Positions 8,462 to 17,000 of a stretch of 32,000 bases of DNA are shown piece after piece. This DNA comes from Candidatus Parvarchaeota archaeon (GTDB lineage Archaea; Nanobdellota; Nanobdellia; B33-G15). Under the pieces are notes generated by a model, which saw only the letters and a program-made list of their open reading frames with translations, searched no databases and had not been told where the DNA came from. The DNA lies in the NCBI GenBank assembly GCA_017608385.1, contig JAFCFZ010000005.1, positions 28,609-60,608 of the forward strand, read 5' to 3'. The position numbers and the translations under genes are program-made. Within the stretch, counting starts at the first letter, position 1; every line of letters starts with the position of its first letter.

Positions 8462-8704
8462 ATGGAAGGTAAAGTTATATCATATAGAAGAGGAAGACAC
8501 ACTCAAAATACTAATCAAGTTCTCATCAGAGTAGAAGGTGAAAGAGAGAAATTGATGGGTAAAGAAGTTATATGGACTTCCAAAGCGGGTAAACAAATCA
8601 AAGGAACTGTTTCTGCACCACACGGCAATAAGAATGTTATAAGGGCTATATTTGAAAAGGGATTGCCAGGACAAGCTGCAGGAACAAAGGTTGAAATAAA
8701 ATAA
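8462..8704 (+). CDS. rpl35ae: 50S ribosomal protein L35Ae (eL33)
   Basis: MEGKVISYRRGRHTQNTNQVLIRVEG...GKEVIWTSKAGKQIKGTVSAPHGNKNVIRAIFEKGLPGQAAGTKVEI matches the L35Ae pattern. The ORF in the track begins at a TTG (8456), but I prefer the ATG at 8462. Confidence 0.85.
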   Translation: MEGKVISYRRGRHTQNTNQVLIRVEGEREKLMGKEVIWTSKAGKQIKGTVSAPHGNKNVIRAIFEKGLPGQAAGTKVEIK

Positions 8705-8720
8705 TTGTTAATCATTTTCT

Positions 8721-9776
8721 ATGAAGAAAATAACTGAAGGAGAGACCAGAATAAAGACTCATGTAGAGAGTATTGTTTCAAAAAAAATGCCTGTTTTTTA
8801 TAATCCTGAAAAAGAGTTTGATAGGACCTTATCATTGGACTTTCTCAGAGCTGTTGATCCTAAAGATTTTATTATATGTGATCTACTTGCTGCCTCAGGA
8901 ATTAGAGGAATTAGGATGGCTAAAGAGATAGGAGTTAAAAAATTAATTCTTAATGATGCAAATCCAAGCGCTTACAAATTAATTAAAGCTAATTTAAGAT
9001 TAAATAAAATAAAGGCAGAAACATATAATCAAGAAGCTAACAGATTTCTTCTCAATAATGAGGATTATTATGAGTATTTAGATATTGATCCATTTGGTTC
9101 TCCTATAAAATTTATTCAAAATGGGATAAAAAAGGTTAGAAAAGATGGGTTTTTAGCAATAACAGCAACAGATAGTGCTACCTTAGTAGGAACATATCCA
9201 AAAAAGTGTGAGAGGATATATAGTGCTGTGAATTCTAGAACTGATTTTAAACATGAAGTAGGATTAAGAATCTTAATAAAAAAGGCAATTGAAATAAGTA
9301 TGTCTCAAGAAATGGCTTTGATTCCTGTGTTTTCCCATAGAACAAGACATTACTTCAGAGCTTATTTCCAAGTCAAAAGAAACAGAAGAAGTATGTGTGA
9401 CAAACTAAGGGAAGAAATTGGTTATATTTGGTATGATCGAAAAACAATGGACAGAGGTATATATTATATAGGAGAGAAAACTAATAAAAAAATCATTGGG
9501 CCTATGTGGTTAGGTAAATTATGTGATGAAAAAATAGTCAAAAACATCAAACATCCCTTTGCTAAAACTCTCTTAGAAGAGTGTAAAATCAATGTTCCTT
9601 GGTATTTCCACATTCATAAATTATATTCTAAAATAGGAAAAAGACCCATTAAAACAGAAGATGTTCTTGAAAAAGTCAAAAAAGCGGGTTTCAAAGCTTC
9701 AAAAACCCATTTTGAAGATCTAGGGATTAAAACAAATGCAAATTTAAGAGAAATAAAAAAGATTATTCGACGTTAG
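8721..9776 (+). CDS. trm1: tRNA (guanine26-N2)-dimethyltransferase Trm1
   Basis: The motifs FYNPEKEFDR, SGIRGIRMAKE, DIDPFGSPIKF, ITATDSATLVG, CERIYSA and HEVGLRIL are characteristic Trm1 motifs. Confidence 0.85.
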   Translation: MKKITEGETRIKTHVESIVSKKMPVFYNPEKEFDRTLSLDFLRAVDPKDFIICDLLAASGIRGIRMAKEIGVKKLILNDANPSAYKLIKANLRLNKIKAETYNQEANRFLLNNEDYYEYLDIDPFGSPIKFIQNGIKKVRKDGFLAITATDSATLVGTYPKKCERIYSAVNSRTDFKHEVGLRILIKKAIEISMSQEMALIPVFSHRTRHYFRAYFQVKRNRRSMCDKLREEIGYIWYDRKTMDRGIYYIGEKTNKKIIGPMWLGKLCDEKIVKNIKHPFAKTLLEECKINVPWYFHIHKLYSKIGKRPIKTEDVLEKVKKAGFKASKTHFEDLGIKTNANLREIKKIIRR

Positions 9777-10695
9777 CTTCCCTTTTATCCTTTATTTCTT
9801 TGATATTATCCTCTAAACCTAACTCTTCTAGCAATTCTTTATATCTGTTTCTTATTGTTACTTCTGTGACTCCTGCCACATCTGCAACTTCTCTCTGAGT
9901 TCTTTTTTGTCCTGTTAAAAGAGCAGCCACATATAAAGCAGCAGCGGCAATACCCATTGGTCCCTTTCCACTTGTTATTTCTTTTTTCAAGGCACTTTTT
10001 AGGATTTCTACTGCTTTTGTAGTTGTTTCTGGGTTAAGATTCAATTCACTAGAGAACCTATATACATAATCCATTGGAGATGTTGGAAGTATTCGCATCC
10101 CCAATTGCCTACAAATAAATCTGTAGGTCTTTCCTATTTCCTTCTTATCAAGACCAAAGGCGGCGCTTATTTCTCCTAGTGTTCTAGGAACATTATGAGA
10201 TCTACAAGAAGCATATATGGCTCCTGCTACAACAGATTCCATACTTCTTCCTCTTACAAGCCCTTTTCTTGCAGCCTTTTCATATATATGAGCAGAGCCT
10301 TCTTCCACTATCCTAGATAATTTTAAGATGCTAGAGGTTCTTCTTAAATCACTTAGAGCAAATTTTAGGTTTCTTTCAATAGCTGTACTGATTCTTCCCT
10401 GCCATTTGTTCATTCTATAATATTTTCTTCTCTGAGATAAAGGTAAATTTTGAATGTCAGATCTAGTTCCTATAGTTGTACTTAATCCTTTATCATGTCT
10501 TGTAGAAGTCAAAGGTGAACCAACCCTTCTTCTAGATTCCATTTGTTCAAAATTGAATTCCCTCCACTCTTGTCTTGGGTCAACAATTCTTTCCTTAACT
10601 ATGCTTCCGCATTTCTTACAGACAAGCTCTCCTCTTCTGGTATCAGGATATAAATTATTAGATCCACAAGAAGGACATTTTTGTTGTTCTTTCAT
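9763..10695 (-). CDS. tfb: Transcription initiation factor IIB (TFB)
   Basis: There is an N-terminal zinc ribbon (CPSCGS...CKKCGS) followed by two cyclin-like repeats (e.g. RTLGEISAAFGLDKKEIGKTYR and RTQREVADVAGVTEVTIRNRYKEL). Confidence 0.9.
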   Translation of the reverse strand: MKEQQKCPSCGSNNLYPDTRRGELVCKKCGSIVKERIVDPRQEWREFNFEQMESRRRVGSPLTSTRHDKGLSTTIGTRSDIQNLPLSQRRKYYRMNKWQGRISTAIERNLKFALSDLRRTSSILKLSRIVEEGSAHIYEKAARKGLVRGRSMESVVAGAIYASCRSHNVPRTLGEISAAFGLDKKEIGKTYRFICRQLGMRILPTSPMDYVYRFSSELNLNPETTTKAVEILKSALKKEITSGKGPMGIAAAALYVAALLTGQKRTQREVADVAGVTEVTIRNRYKELLEELGLEDNIKEIKDKREANVE

Positions 10696-10751
10696 TTCGA
10701 AAATCTTTTAAATTAAAGGTGGAAACCTTTATAAACGTTTTGGTTAAGTTT

Positions 10752-11141
10752 TCACTTTGCAGTGGATTTTTTGATTAAAACACCGTTTAAAAAGCCCTCT
10801 TTAGAAGGTCTGTTAGTAATTCTTACAACACCTAAATCAGTATCAATCATAGCTCCTTTAGTTATAATTCCCATTCTCTTGTAGTGTCGACTTGCTTTGT
10901 TTTCAGAAACTTCTTTGATCTCTACTTTCTTTATTTTCTTTCCTACAAAGACATTGACTGTTTTATCCGCAAGAAGTTTTATTTTTTTTGTTCCGCCCAT
11001 TGTTCTTAATTTCTTGATTTTTCTTTCAGAAACTTTAGCAAGAACCGCTTGGCTTCCTAATTCTCTTTTTCTCTTGTTTCTCTGTTTTTGGTATTTACTA
11101 CCTGTTACTTTTCTCTTTGATCTTCTTTGCCATACTGACAT
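10752..11141 (-). CDS. rps8e: 30S ribosomal protein S8e
   Basis: MSVWQRRSKRKVTGSKYQKQRNKRKRELG is the typical S8e N-terminus, and the ~129-aa length fits. Confidence 0.85.
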   Translation of the reverse strand: MSVWQRRSKRKVTGSKYQKQRNKRKRELGSQAVLAKVSERKIKKLRTMGGTKKIKLLADKTVNVFVGKKIKKVEIKEVSENKASRHYKRMGIITKGAMIDTDLGVVRITNRPSKEGFLNGVLIKKSTAK

Positions 11142-11252
11142 GAAACAAAAGAATTTGGTCTTGCTTTAAAAACTTTAAGGTATATAATCAAAATCTTTAT
11201 AAAATAGATATTATGTTTATTAACTACTTAAAAATAATAAAATGGTGATAAA

Positions 11253-11732
11253 ATGAGTACAGATGTCGAAGGAAGTGAAAGAGCAAAATATATGGATAAA
11301 ATTGAAGTAAGTAATGGTTTAGACTTTCTTGTATCTGAACTAAAAGGAATAAACCCTTCAAACCAAGTTTTTGTTAAAGATTCTAATTTAGAGTCTGCTT
11401 TGGACAAGATAGATAATTGGAATGCAGAATCTGCTCATGTTTTATTGGAAAAAGTTCTAAAAACTTATGAGATCTTAGGAGATGAAAAAGTCGTCAAAAA
11501 ACTAGGAGGAATCATTCCAAAAGTCCAAAAAGTAATAGGGGACTGTCACATAGATAGAGCAGATTATTTTTTATTACAAGACCCACAAATAAGAGAATAT
11601 GCAGATAGTGCTGCGACAGATATTAGATTTGGTTTGGAATCTTGGGAAAGATCAGGTATTGTTCCACAAGAACAAATTGGTCTTTACAGAAAAACTTTGA
11701 GAGAAATCGAGAAGATTGCTGAAACTATGTAA
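11253..11732 (+). CDS. Hypothetical protein (159 aa)
   Basis: The ORF has GGTGAT 4-5 nt upstream of the ATG. It is soluble and acidic, and no family was recognised. Confidence 0.55.
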   Translation: MSTDVEGSERAKYMDKIEVSNGLDFLVSELKGINPSNQVFVKDSNLESALDKIDNWNAESAHVLLEKVLKTYEILGDEKVVKKLGGIIPKVQKVIGDCHIDRADYFLLQDPQIREYADSAATDIRFGLESWERSGIVPQEQIGLYRKTLREIEKIAETM

Positions 11733-11826
11733 TTTAATTTATTTTTATTTTACATCTTCTGAAATACCAATAAGCTTAAAAAAACAAATGAATTTGGTGT
11801 TTTTACATTAAATTTGGGGGTGCATT

Positions 11827-12078
11827 ATGGAAGGACAAAATCAATCAAAAGAAGCTATGCCAAGGCCATTGGATGCCTTGAATGAAAGTCGTGGAAAACA
11901 AGTAATGGTTGAACTGAAGAACGGAAAGCAATTTGTTGGAAAGCTTATCGCTTTTGACATCCATATCAATACTGTGCTAGAGGATGCACAAGAATTAGAG
12001 GCAGGAGAAGTCAAAAGAAACATAGGTAAGGTTTTCATAAGAGGCGACACAATCGTGATCATTTCTCCATCTGCGTGA
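11827..12078 (+). CDS. Sm-like archaeal protein (LSm/SmAP)
   Basis: RPLDALNESRGKQVMVELKNGKQFVGKLIAFDIHINTVLEDA...IFIRGDTIVIISP shows the Sm1 and Sm2 motifs. The gene is adjacent to L37e, which is a conserved archaeal arrangement. Confidence 0.9.
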   Translation: MEGQNQSKEAMPRPLDALNESRGKQVMVELKNGKQFVGKLIAFDIHINTVLEDAQELEAGEVKRNIGKVFIRGDTIVIISPSA

Positions 12079-12084
12079 TGAATT

Positions 12085-12276
12085 ATGAAAGGAACTCCAT
12101 CTAAAGGTAAAAAAGGTAGAAGTAAAACACATGTGAGATGCAGAAGGTGTGGTAGACATTCCTATCACAAAGCTCACAATGAATGTTCTGCCTGTGGTTT
12201 TGGGGTAAGTCCAAAACTCCGAAACCATTCCTGGAGTCCTAAAAAAGTCAATAAGCAAAGAAAACCAGCTAAATAA
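12085..12276 (+). CDS. rpl37e: 50S ribosomal protein L37e
   Basis: MKGTPSKGKKGRSKTHVRCRRCGRHSYHKAHNECSACGFG matches L37e, including its C4 zinc ribbon. Confidence 0.9.
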   Translation: MKGTPSKGKKGRSKTHVRCRRCGRHSYHKAHNECSACGFGVSPKLRNHSWSPKKVNKQRKPAK

Positions 12277-12323
12277 TTTAATTGAAAAGTTTTAAAAGTA
12301 GATTCTATTTGGTAAAACTAATT

Positions 12324-12397
12324 GGGCTCGTAGCTCAGTCAGGTGGAGCAACTGGCTCTTAACCAGTAGGTCGCGGGTTCAAATCCCGTCGAGCCCA
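12324..12397 (+). tRNA. tRNA-Lys (CTT)
   Basis: Hand-folded cloverleaf: GGGCTCG/CGAGCCC acceptor, GCTC/GAGC D-stem, ACTGG-CTCTTAA-CCAGT anticodon arm, AGGTC variable loop, GCGGG-TTCAAAT-CCCGT T-arm, discriminator A. No CCA is encoded. Confidence 0.9.
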
Positions 12398-12461
12398 TCT
12401 TACATAAAGATTTGAGACAGCGACCGGAACTGTTTTAAAATTCATTTTCTCGATTAAATTT

Positions 12462-12875
12462 ATGGAAGCTTTATTGGAAAGAATAATAGGTCCCAGATTC
12501 CATGAATCATTAGTTGAAGATATTAAAAGAGATGTTGAACAGATTAAACCCTTTATATCAATAAATACAGAAGGCGAAATAGTTTTTGTCAACTGGCAAG
12601 GAATGAGAAAGGAATTTGGTGTTGAGAAAATTATTGAAAATTTCGATGAAGATCTTCTATATATTTTAATTAAGGGGAATGTTTTGAATCCTAAAGAAAA
12701 AGGAAACTATTCAATATGGTGTTCTGAAAGGAGAGGTGCCCCAGTACATAATCCATGGAATTCTAGACCCCCTGCAATGCTTTATTTCACAAAAAAACAT
12801 TTTGCACAATCTTATTTTACAACATGTTCTGATTTTGAAAAATATGATAAAACAAAATTTAAAAGAAATGAATAA
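12462..12875 (+). CDS. Hypothetical protein (137 aa), cassette 1 downstream of tRNA-Lys
   Basis: The ORF has an A/T box about 24 nt upstream. Its stop lies 3 nt before the partial tRNA repeat. No family was recognised. Confidence 0.5.
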   Translation: MEALLERIIGPRFHESLVEDIKRDVEQIKPFISINTEGEIVFVNWQGMRKEFGVEKIIENFDEDLLYILIKGNVLNPKEKGNYSIWCSERRGAPVHNPWNSRPPAMLYFTKKHFAQSYFTTCSDFEKYDKTKFKRNE

Positions 12876-12878
12876 ACG

Positions 12879-12895
12879 AATCCCATCGAGCCCAT
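12879..12895 (+). repeat. Partial copy (17 nt, 1 mismatch) of the tRNA-Lys 3' end
   Basis: AATCCCaTCGAGCCCAT here compares with AATCCCGTCGAGCCCAT at 12382-12398. Confidence 0.75.
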
Positions 12896-12944
12896 TTCTT
12901 GAGTTTATGAACAGTTTTTTTAATAAAAGAATTCGATTAGTATT

Positions 12945-13598
12945 ATGAAAAATTTAGAGAAATTCATAAAAATTAAGGATGAATTAAATCTATTTTTAGT
13001 CTCTGAAGGAATAAAACCTGCAGCAAAGATAAGATTGAATTTAAATTTTCATGGTAGAAGATTTGAAAACTCTGAAGTTTATCAAAGGGAGTTTGAAAAA
13101 ATATTGAAGAGTTTGGGCATTCCTTACAGATTTAATGAAAAGGACGAAGAAAAAACAATTAGCGTTTATGTTGCTAAAGATGAAAGGAATTTAAAGGTTC
13201 TCCTCCATGCAAAGAATGCAAAAAGTGATAATGATTTAGGGAGAGCTTATGGATACCCTGAAGAAGCAATAAGGTTATTTGATAAAATTGAGGATGGTAA
13301 AATGGGAAGCGGACAATACTTAGACATAGCTTTAAGTAAAGCAAAAAGAGAAAAAGTTGGGATTCCAACATGGTTAGCTTATATCTCTCATGTTCCTGAA
13401 AAGCTAGATATTGTTGAAGGAAAAATCTCTAGATCTAGTAAAGAACTTGGTGAAAGTTATATGAAATTTGTTAGGAAATATAATCCTGGCCTTGCTAAAA
13501 GAATTGAACAAAATTTTCATGAAAAAAAGATAATTGCAACAAAATGGGATAAAACTCCAAATGGTAGTTATAAGGTTACTTATGAAAGAAGAAAGTAG
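12945..13598 (+). CDS. Hypothetical protein (217 aa), cassette 2
   Basis: The ORF has an A/T box about 22 nt upstream. Its TAG stop (13596-13598) lies inside the second tRNA-derived repeat. No family was recognised. Confidence 0.55.
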   Translation: MKNLEKFIKIKDELNLFLVSEGIKPAAKIRLNLNFHGRRFENSEVYQREFEKILKSLGIPYRFNEKDEEKTISVYVAKDERNLKVLLHAKNAKSDNDLGRAYGYPEEAIRLFDKIEDGKMGSGQYLDIALSKAKREKVGIPTWLAYISHVPEKLDIVEGKISRSSKELGESYMKFVRKYNPGLAKRIEQNFHEKKIIATKWDKTPNGSYKVTYERRK

Positions 13599-13627
13599 GT
13601 CGCGGGTTCAAATCCCGTCGGGCCCAT
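13594..13627 (+). repeat. 34-nt copy (1 mismatch) of the tRNA-Lys 3' part, from the anticodon-stem 3' end to the discriminator plus 1
   Basis: AGTAGGTCGCGGGTTCAAATCCCGTCGgGCCCAT here compares with 12365-12398 (AGTAGGTCGCGGGTTCAAATCCCGTCGaGCCCAT). Confidence 0.9.
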
Positions 13628-13671
13628 TTTAAAAAGATCAGATTTTAATAATTGTGTGTCTTTTAAGGGAT

Positions 13672-13935
13672 ATGGATCATATTTTGTTTTTTGTGTTTAA
13701 TTATGTTATATTTTCAATTTTAATGTATGTAGATAGAAAAGAATGGAAAAATTATTTTTTCATTGCTCTTATTGGTTTTATTCTTGCTTTTATTTTTGAG
13801 AATTTAACAACAATGTGGGGTTTTTGGTATTATCATTCACTGCCAAAGGTTCCTTTTGTGTCTCTATTTACTCTTCTTCTTTATGTTCCATACTTGTCAT
13901 TTGCCCATTTTATTGTTAGGAGGTTGGACAAATGA
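13672..13935 (+). CDS. Small integral membrane protein (about 3 TM)
   Basis: Hydrophobic ORF. The track starts it at a GTG (13654), but I prefer the ATG at 13672 (MDHILFF). It is coupled to the next gene by an ATGA overlap. Confidence 0.5.
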   Translation: MDHILFFVFNYVIFSILMYVDRKEWKNYFFIALIGFILAFIFENLTTMWGFWYYHSLPKVPFVSLFTLLLYVPYLSFAHFIVRRLDK

Positions 13936-14267
13936 ATTGGTATCTTGTATTTTTTGGATTATTAGCTGGTTTTCTCTTTGTATTAATTAGAACAAGAGAC
14001 AAAAAATATTTGTTATATTCTATTGTAGGATCCTGTTTGGGTTTTTATGCTGATTATATTTCTTTTACTTTTGGATATTATAGTTATCCTTCATTCTATG
14101 TTTTCACAATTTTAGGATTACCCTTCTCAATGACTCTTGCTGAAGGATTTGCAACAGCAATAACAGTTTATACTGCTGAGATTTTTCAAAAGCTTCTAAA
14201 AAATATAAGTAAAGCGAGAAAGACAAAAAATGTGAGTTTTAAATCAATATTTTCAGATCTTATCTAG
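13932..14267 (+). CDS. Small integral membrane protein (about 3 TM)
   Basis: Hydrophobic ORF whose start overlaps the upstream stop (ATGA at 13932-13935). The pair could form a two-subunit membrane protein, but the family is not recognised. Confidence 0.5.
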   Translation: MNWYLVFFGLLAGFLFVLIRTRDKKYLLYSIVGSCLGFYADYISFTFGYYSYPSFYVFTILGLPFSMTLAEGFATAITVYTAEIFQKLLKNISKARKTKNVSFKSIFSDLI

Positions 14268-15462
14268 AATGTCTGCGTCTTTTATTTCCCTGCCATGACC
14301 TTCTTTGTGAACTTCTATATGGTCTCCTTGGAGCTTCTGTTCTTCTTGGTAATCTTACCCTTTCAAATTCAGGAATGTCTTTTCTATTCAAAAATTCTCT
14401 AAATACTTGCATTATTTTATCCATTTTTTGATAATCTATATTAGACAAAAATATCAATGAGGTTCCTTTTTTTCCTTGTCTTGCTGTTCTCCCTATTCTA
14501 TGTTTATATGTATCTACATCTTCTGGTAAATCAAAATTCACAACTAGGGTAATATCCTCTACATGAATTCCTCTAGAAGCAACATCTGTTGCTACCATAA
14601 CATCCATCCTTCCTTGCTCAAACTTTTCCAAAACTCTTTCTCTTGCATGTTGACTCATATCTCCGTTAATACAATCTGAATCAATATTATTCAATTTTAA
14701 AGAACTTGACACAAGTCTTGTCATTCTCTTAGTATTACAAAAAACTAGGGCTCTTTCCTTTGAATTTTTCAATAAGTGAACTAATAGAGATATTTTATCA
14801 TTTTTTTGAACCTCATAATAAGATTGTTGGAGTAGTTTTTTATCTATAACATTTTCAAGAAGAATTTTTACTGGGTTCACAAGATATCTGTTAGCTATTC
14901 TAATAACCCTCTTGTTTATTGTTGCACTAAACAAAAGTGTTTGTCTATCACGTTGCATATATCTTATTATCTTATCAATATCTTCAATAAAACCCATCTC
15001 CATTAATTTATCTGCTTCATCTAAAACTAATTTATTTGCTTTATTCAATTTAAGAGCTCCCCTTGAAAGTAAATCTAATAATCTTCCAGGAGTTCCAACA
15101 ACTATCTCAGAAAAACCTACTTTTTGGATTTGTGGGCTCATCGCAACTCCACCATAAACTGTTGCAACCATTAATTTCTTTTTCTTTGAGAATTTTCTAA
15201 ATTCTTTTGCTACTTGTTTTGCCAATTCTCTTGTTGGAGCTATAACCAATATTTGAACTCCTGCTCTTGGTCTTATTTTTTCTATTGTTGGTACAGCAAA
15301 ACCAATAGTTTTACCACTACCTGTTTCTGATTGAACCATAACATCTCTTCCTTTCAAAATTTCAGGTATTACTTTTTCCTGAACTTCAGTTGGAACATTT
15401 ATATTGTTTTTTCTCAAATCATCCAATATTGCATTACTTATGTCAAATTTCTTAAATCCCAT
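14260..15462 (-). CDS. DEAD-box ATP-dependent RNA helicase with an Arg-rich C-terminal tail
   Basis: Helicase motifs: Q-motif region (FDISNAILD...PTEVQ), motif I SETGSGKT, PTRELA, DEAD (VLDEADKLM), SAT and HRIGRTARQGKKG. The tail is RRTEAPRRPYRSSQRRSWQGNKRRRHSR. Confidence 0.9.
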   Translation of the reverse strand: MGFKKFDISNAILDDLRKNNINVPTEVQEKVIPEILKGRDVMVQSETGSGKTIGFAVPTIEKIRPRAGVQILVIAPTRELAKQVAKEFRKFSKKKKLMVATVYGGVAMSPQIQKVGFSEIVVGTPGRLLDLLSRGALKLNKANKLVLDEADKLMEMGFIEDIDKIIRYMQRDRQTLLFSATINKRVIRIANRYLVNPVKILLENVIDKKLLQQSYYEVQKNDKISLLVHLLKNSKERALVFCNTKRMTRLVSSSLKLNNIDSDCINGDMSQHARERVLEKFEQGRMDVMVATDVASRGIHVEDITLVVNFDLPEDVDTYKHRIGRTARQGKKGTSLIFLSNIDYQKMDKIMQVFREFLNRKDIPEFERVRLPRRTEAPRRPYRSSQRRSWQGNKRRRHSR

Positions 15463-15694
15463 ATTCTATTAGTCCTATGAGCATGTTTTAAAAATGTTAG
15501 TATACATTTTTCTGAACTTATTTAAGTCAAAAGAAATATTTATTTCATATGACAAGGAAAAATGTTACAAGAATGAAGAAAAAAACTGTCAAGAAGAAGA
15601 AGAAGGGAAGAGGCGGAAGCAAATAACACCATCTTATCTTTATTTATTATCTAATAAAGAAATTGTTAAATTCATGGTTTTTATTTAGGATATT

Positions 15695-16522
15695 ATGTCA
15701 GAAATATATGTTTTTTCTAAGAAAACACAAAGACCGATTAGTTTTAGTAGTTTAGAAAAGGATGCAGGAAATAAAATAGCAAATTTATCTTATCTTCAGA
15801 AAGCTATTGAAACAATTGAACGAGAAGTGGGAGATGTTGAGGTTATTGGTGTTGACATTTTTGGAGAAGGGAATAGAGAATTAATGGTTAGAATGGGAAA
15901 CATGGTCTCTGCAATTTATATTGGTGAAAAGGAAGAAGAAATAGACCCAGCATATCTAAGGTCTGTCGTAAAATATATTGAGGATCTAATTTCCCCCAAT
16001 TGGGAAAAAGTATTCCTGCCATCAAAGTCTACAGTAAGTGTTGGAAAATATAAAGTAATGAGAGAAAAATATGAAGGACTTAGAGAAGGAATCAAAGGAA
16101 TGATAAAACAAGGGATAGGAATAGAAAATTCGGAAGCCATTGAGTGGGTGAAAAAAACTATAAAAGTTGACCCCATCATGACAAGGAAAAGAAGGGAATA
16201 TGAAGCGGGATTAAGTAAGGTTTTAATTGATTTAAGTTCTGGAATTGATCTTCCTGAAGAGTGGGATGAAGACAGCAGATATCTGAGACTAAAAACAAAA
16301 GGAATGGATGCAGGAATAATGTATTCAGAGATAAAGAGTTTGATAACTGAAGCATATAAGAGATCTATAGATGAAATAATTTCAAAACAAGGAAAAAAAT
16401 CAACGAATATTTCTGATCCTAAAAAAATAAACATTTATGTGAAAGAAACAAAGGGTAAAAGGAGTACAAGAATTATTGAAATTTCTGGAGAATTAGGTCA
16501 AGTTAAAAAAAAGAAAAAATAA
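15695..16522 (+). CDS. Hypothetical protein (275 aa), K/E-rich with a poly-K C-terminus
   Basis: Long ORF for which no family was recognised. Confidence 0.55.
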   Translation: MSEIYVFSKKTQRPISFSSLEKDAGNKIANLSYLQKAIETIEREVGDVEVIGVDIFGEGNRELMVRMGNMVSAIYIGEKEEEIDPAYLRSVVKYIEDLISPNWEKVFLPSKSTVSVGKYKVMREKYEGLREGIKGMIKQGIGIENSEAIEWVKKTIKVDPIMTRKRREYEAGLSKVLIDLSSGIDLPEEWDEDSRYLRLKTKGMDAGIMYSEIKSLITEAYKRSIDEIISKQGKKSTNISDPKKINIYVKETKGKRSTRIIEISGELGQVKKKKK

Positions 16523-16984
16523 TCAGTTTGTGAACATTTCTGTTATTATATAACCAACATCAAATGAGAATATCCCTACAAAATAAGAGGGGTCTAATGA
16601 AACTAGGGAGAGAGCAAGACAAGTGATTCCCAATAACATTCTGTACTTAGCAAAGGGACTTTTGAAATTATCATTGATGAATTCGTCTGAGAAGGAAGCA
16701 ATTAAAATTATGAAGAAGAAGAGAATATTCAATTGTCCCATTCCAAAAACAAAAACCCCCATTAAAAAGAAAACAGGAGTGGTTAAATGGATTTTATGAT
16801 CAAATTTTCCTGCCAGTATTAATGAGATGAGAATAGCAGAGATTAATGTTGCAAAACCTACGGAGCTTGAAAAAAGGTATGCAAAAATTATTCCAGAAGT
16901 TATTGAAAATAAATATCCATATTCTTTTCTAAACAAATTCTTATCAACAATATTATCAGATATTTTAGTGTAAATGCCTGTCAA
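16523..16984 (-). CDS. Integral membrane protein (4-5 TM) with a TTG start
   Basis: Strongly hydrophobic ORF 16 nt downstream of the dhs stop on the same strand. Only a TTG start is available at its 5' end, so it could also be a truncated gene. Confidence 0.45.
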   Translation of the reverse strand: MTGIYTKISDNIVDKNLFRKEYGYLFSITSGIIFAYLFSSSVGFATLISAILISLILAGKFDHKIHLTTPVFFLMGVFVFGMGQLNILFFFIILIASFSDEFINDNFKSPFAKYRMLLGITCLALSLVSLDPSYFVGIFSFDVGYIITEMFTN

Positions 16985-17000
16985 AAAAAAAGAACATAAT

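Larger units (their letters stand above)
12398..13627 (+). mobile_element. Putative decayed integrated element(s) bounded by direct repeats of the tRNA-Lys 3' end
   Basis: Copies of the tRNA 3' part lie at 12879-12895 and 13594-13627. Each follows a single orphan ORF that has its own TATA-like box. No integrase is present. Confidence 0.4.

Noticed and set aside
12359-12592. A 77-aa minus-strand ORF overlapping tRNA-Lys and the start of the 137-aa ORF.
   Set aside because: It runs antisense through the tRNA gene, and its C-terminus (…RRDLNPRPTG) is simply the reverse translation of the T-arm and acceptor. It is spurious.
12736-12948. A 70-aa ORF overlapping the 3' end of the 137-aa ORF and the 12879-12895 repeat.
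   Set aside because: It lies in an alternative frame across a better ORF and the tRNA-derived repeat, and it has no independent support.
12365-13627. The idea that the extra tRNA-Lys 3' fragments are halves of split or trans-spliced tRNAs, as in Nanoarchaeum or Caldivirga.
   Set aside because: The upstream tRNA-Lys is already complete and perfectly paired. The fragments begin at about position 41 rather than at a known split site. I found no complementary leader or BHB-forming partner and no matching orphan 5' half in the window. An att-site scar is the simpler explanation.
15494-15688. A 64-aa ORF, and a 16-codon polybasic mini-ORF (MKKKTVKKKKKGRGGSK, around 15565-15615), in the 232-nt spacer between the helicase gene and the 275-aa ORF.
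   Set aside because: Both are low-complexity, with no recognisable motif or ribosome-binding context. The region is more likely to hold the two divergent promoters. The purine-rich AAGAAGAAGAAGAAGGGAAGAGG tract is noted but unexplained.
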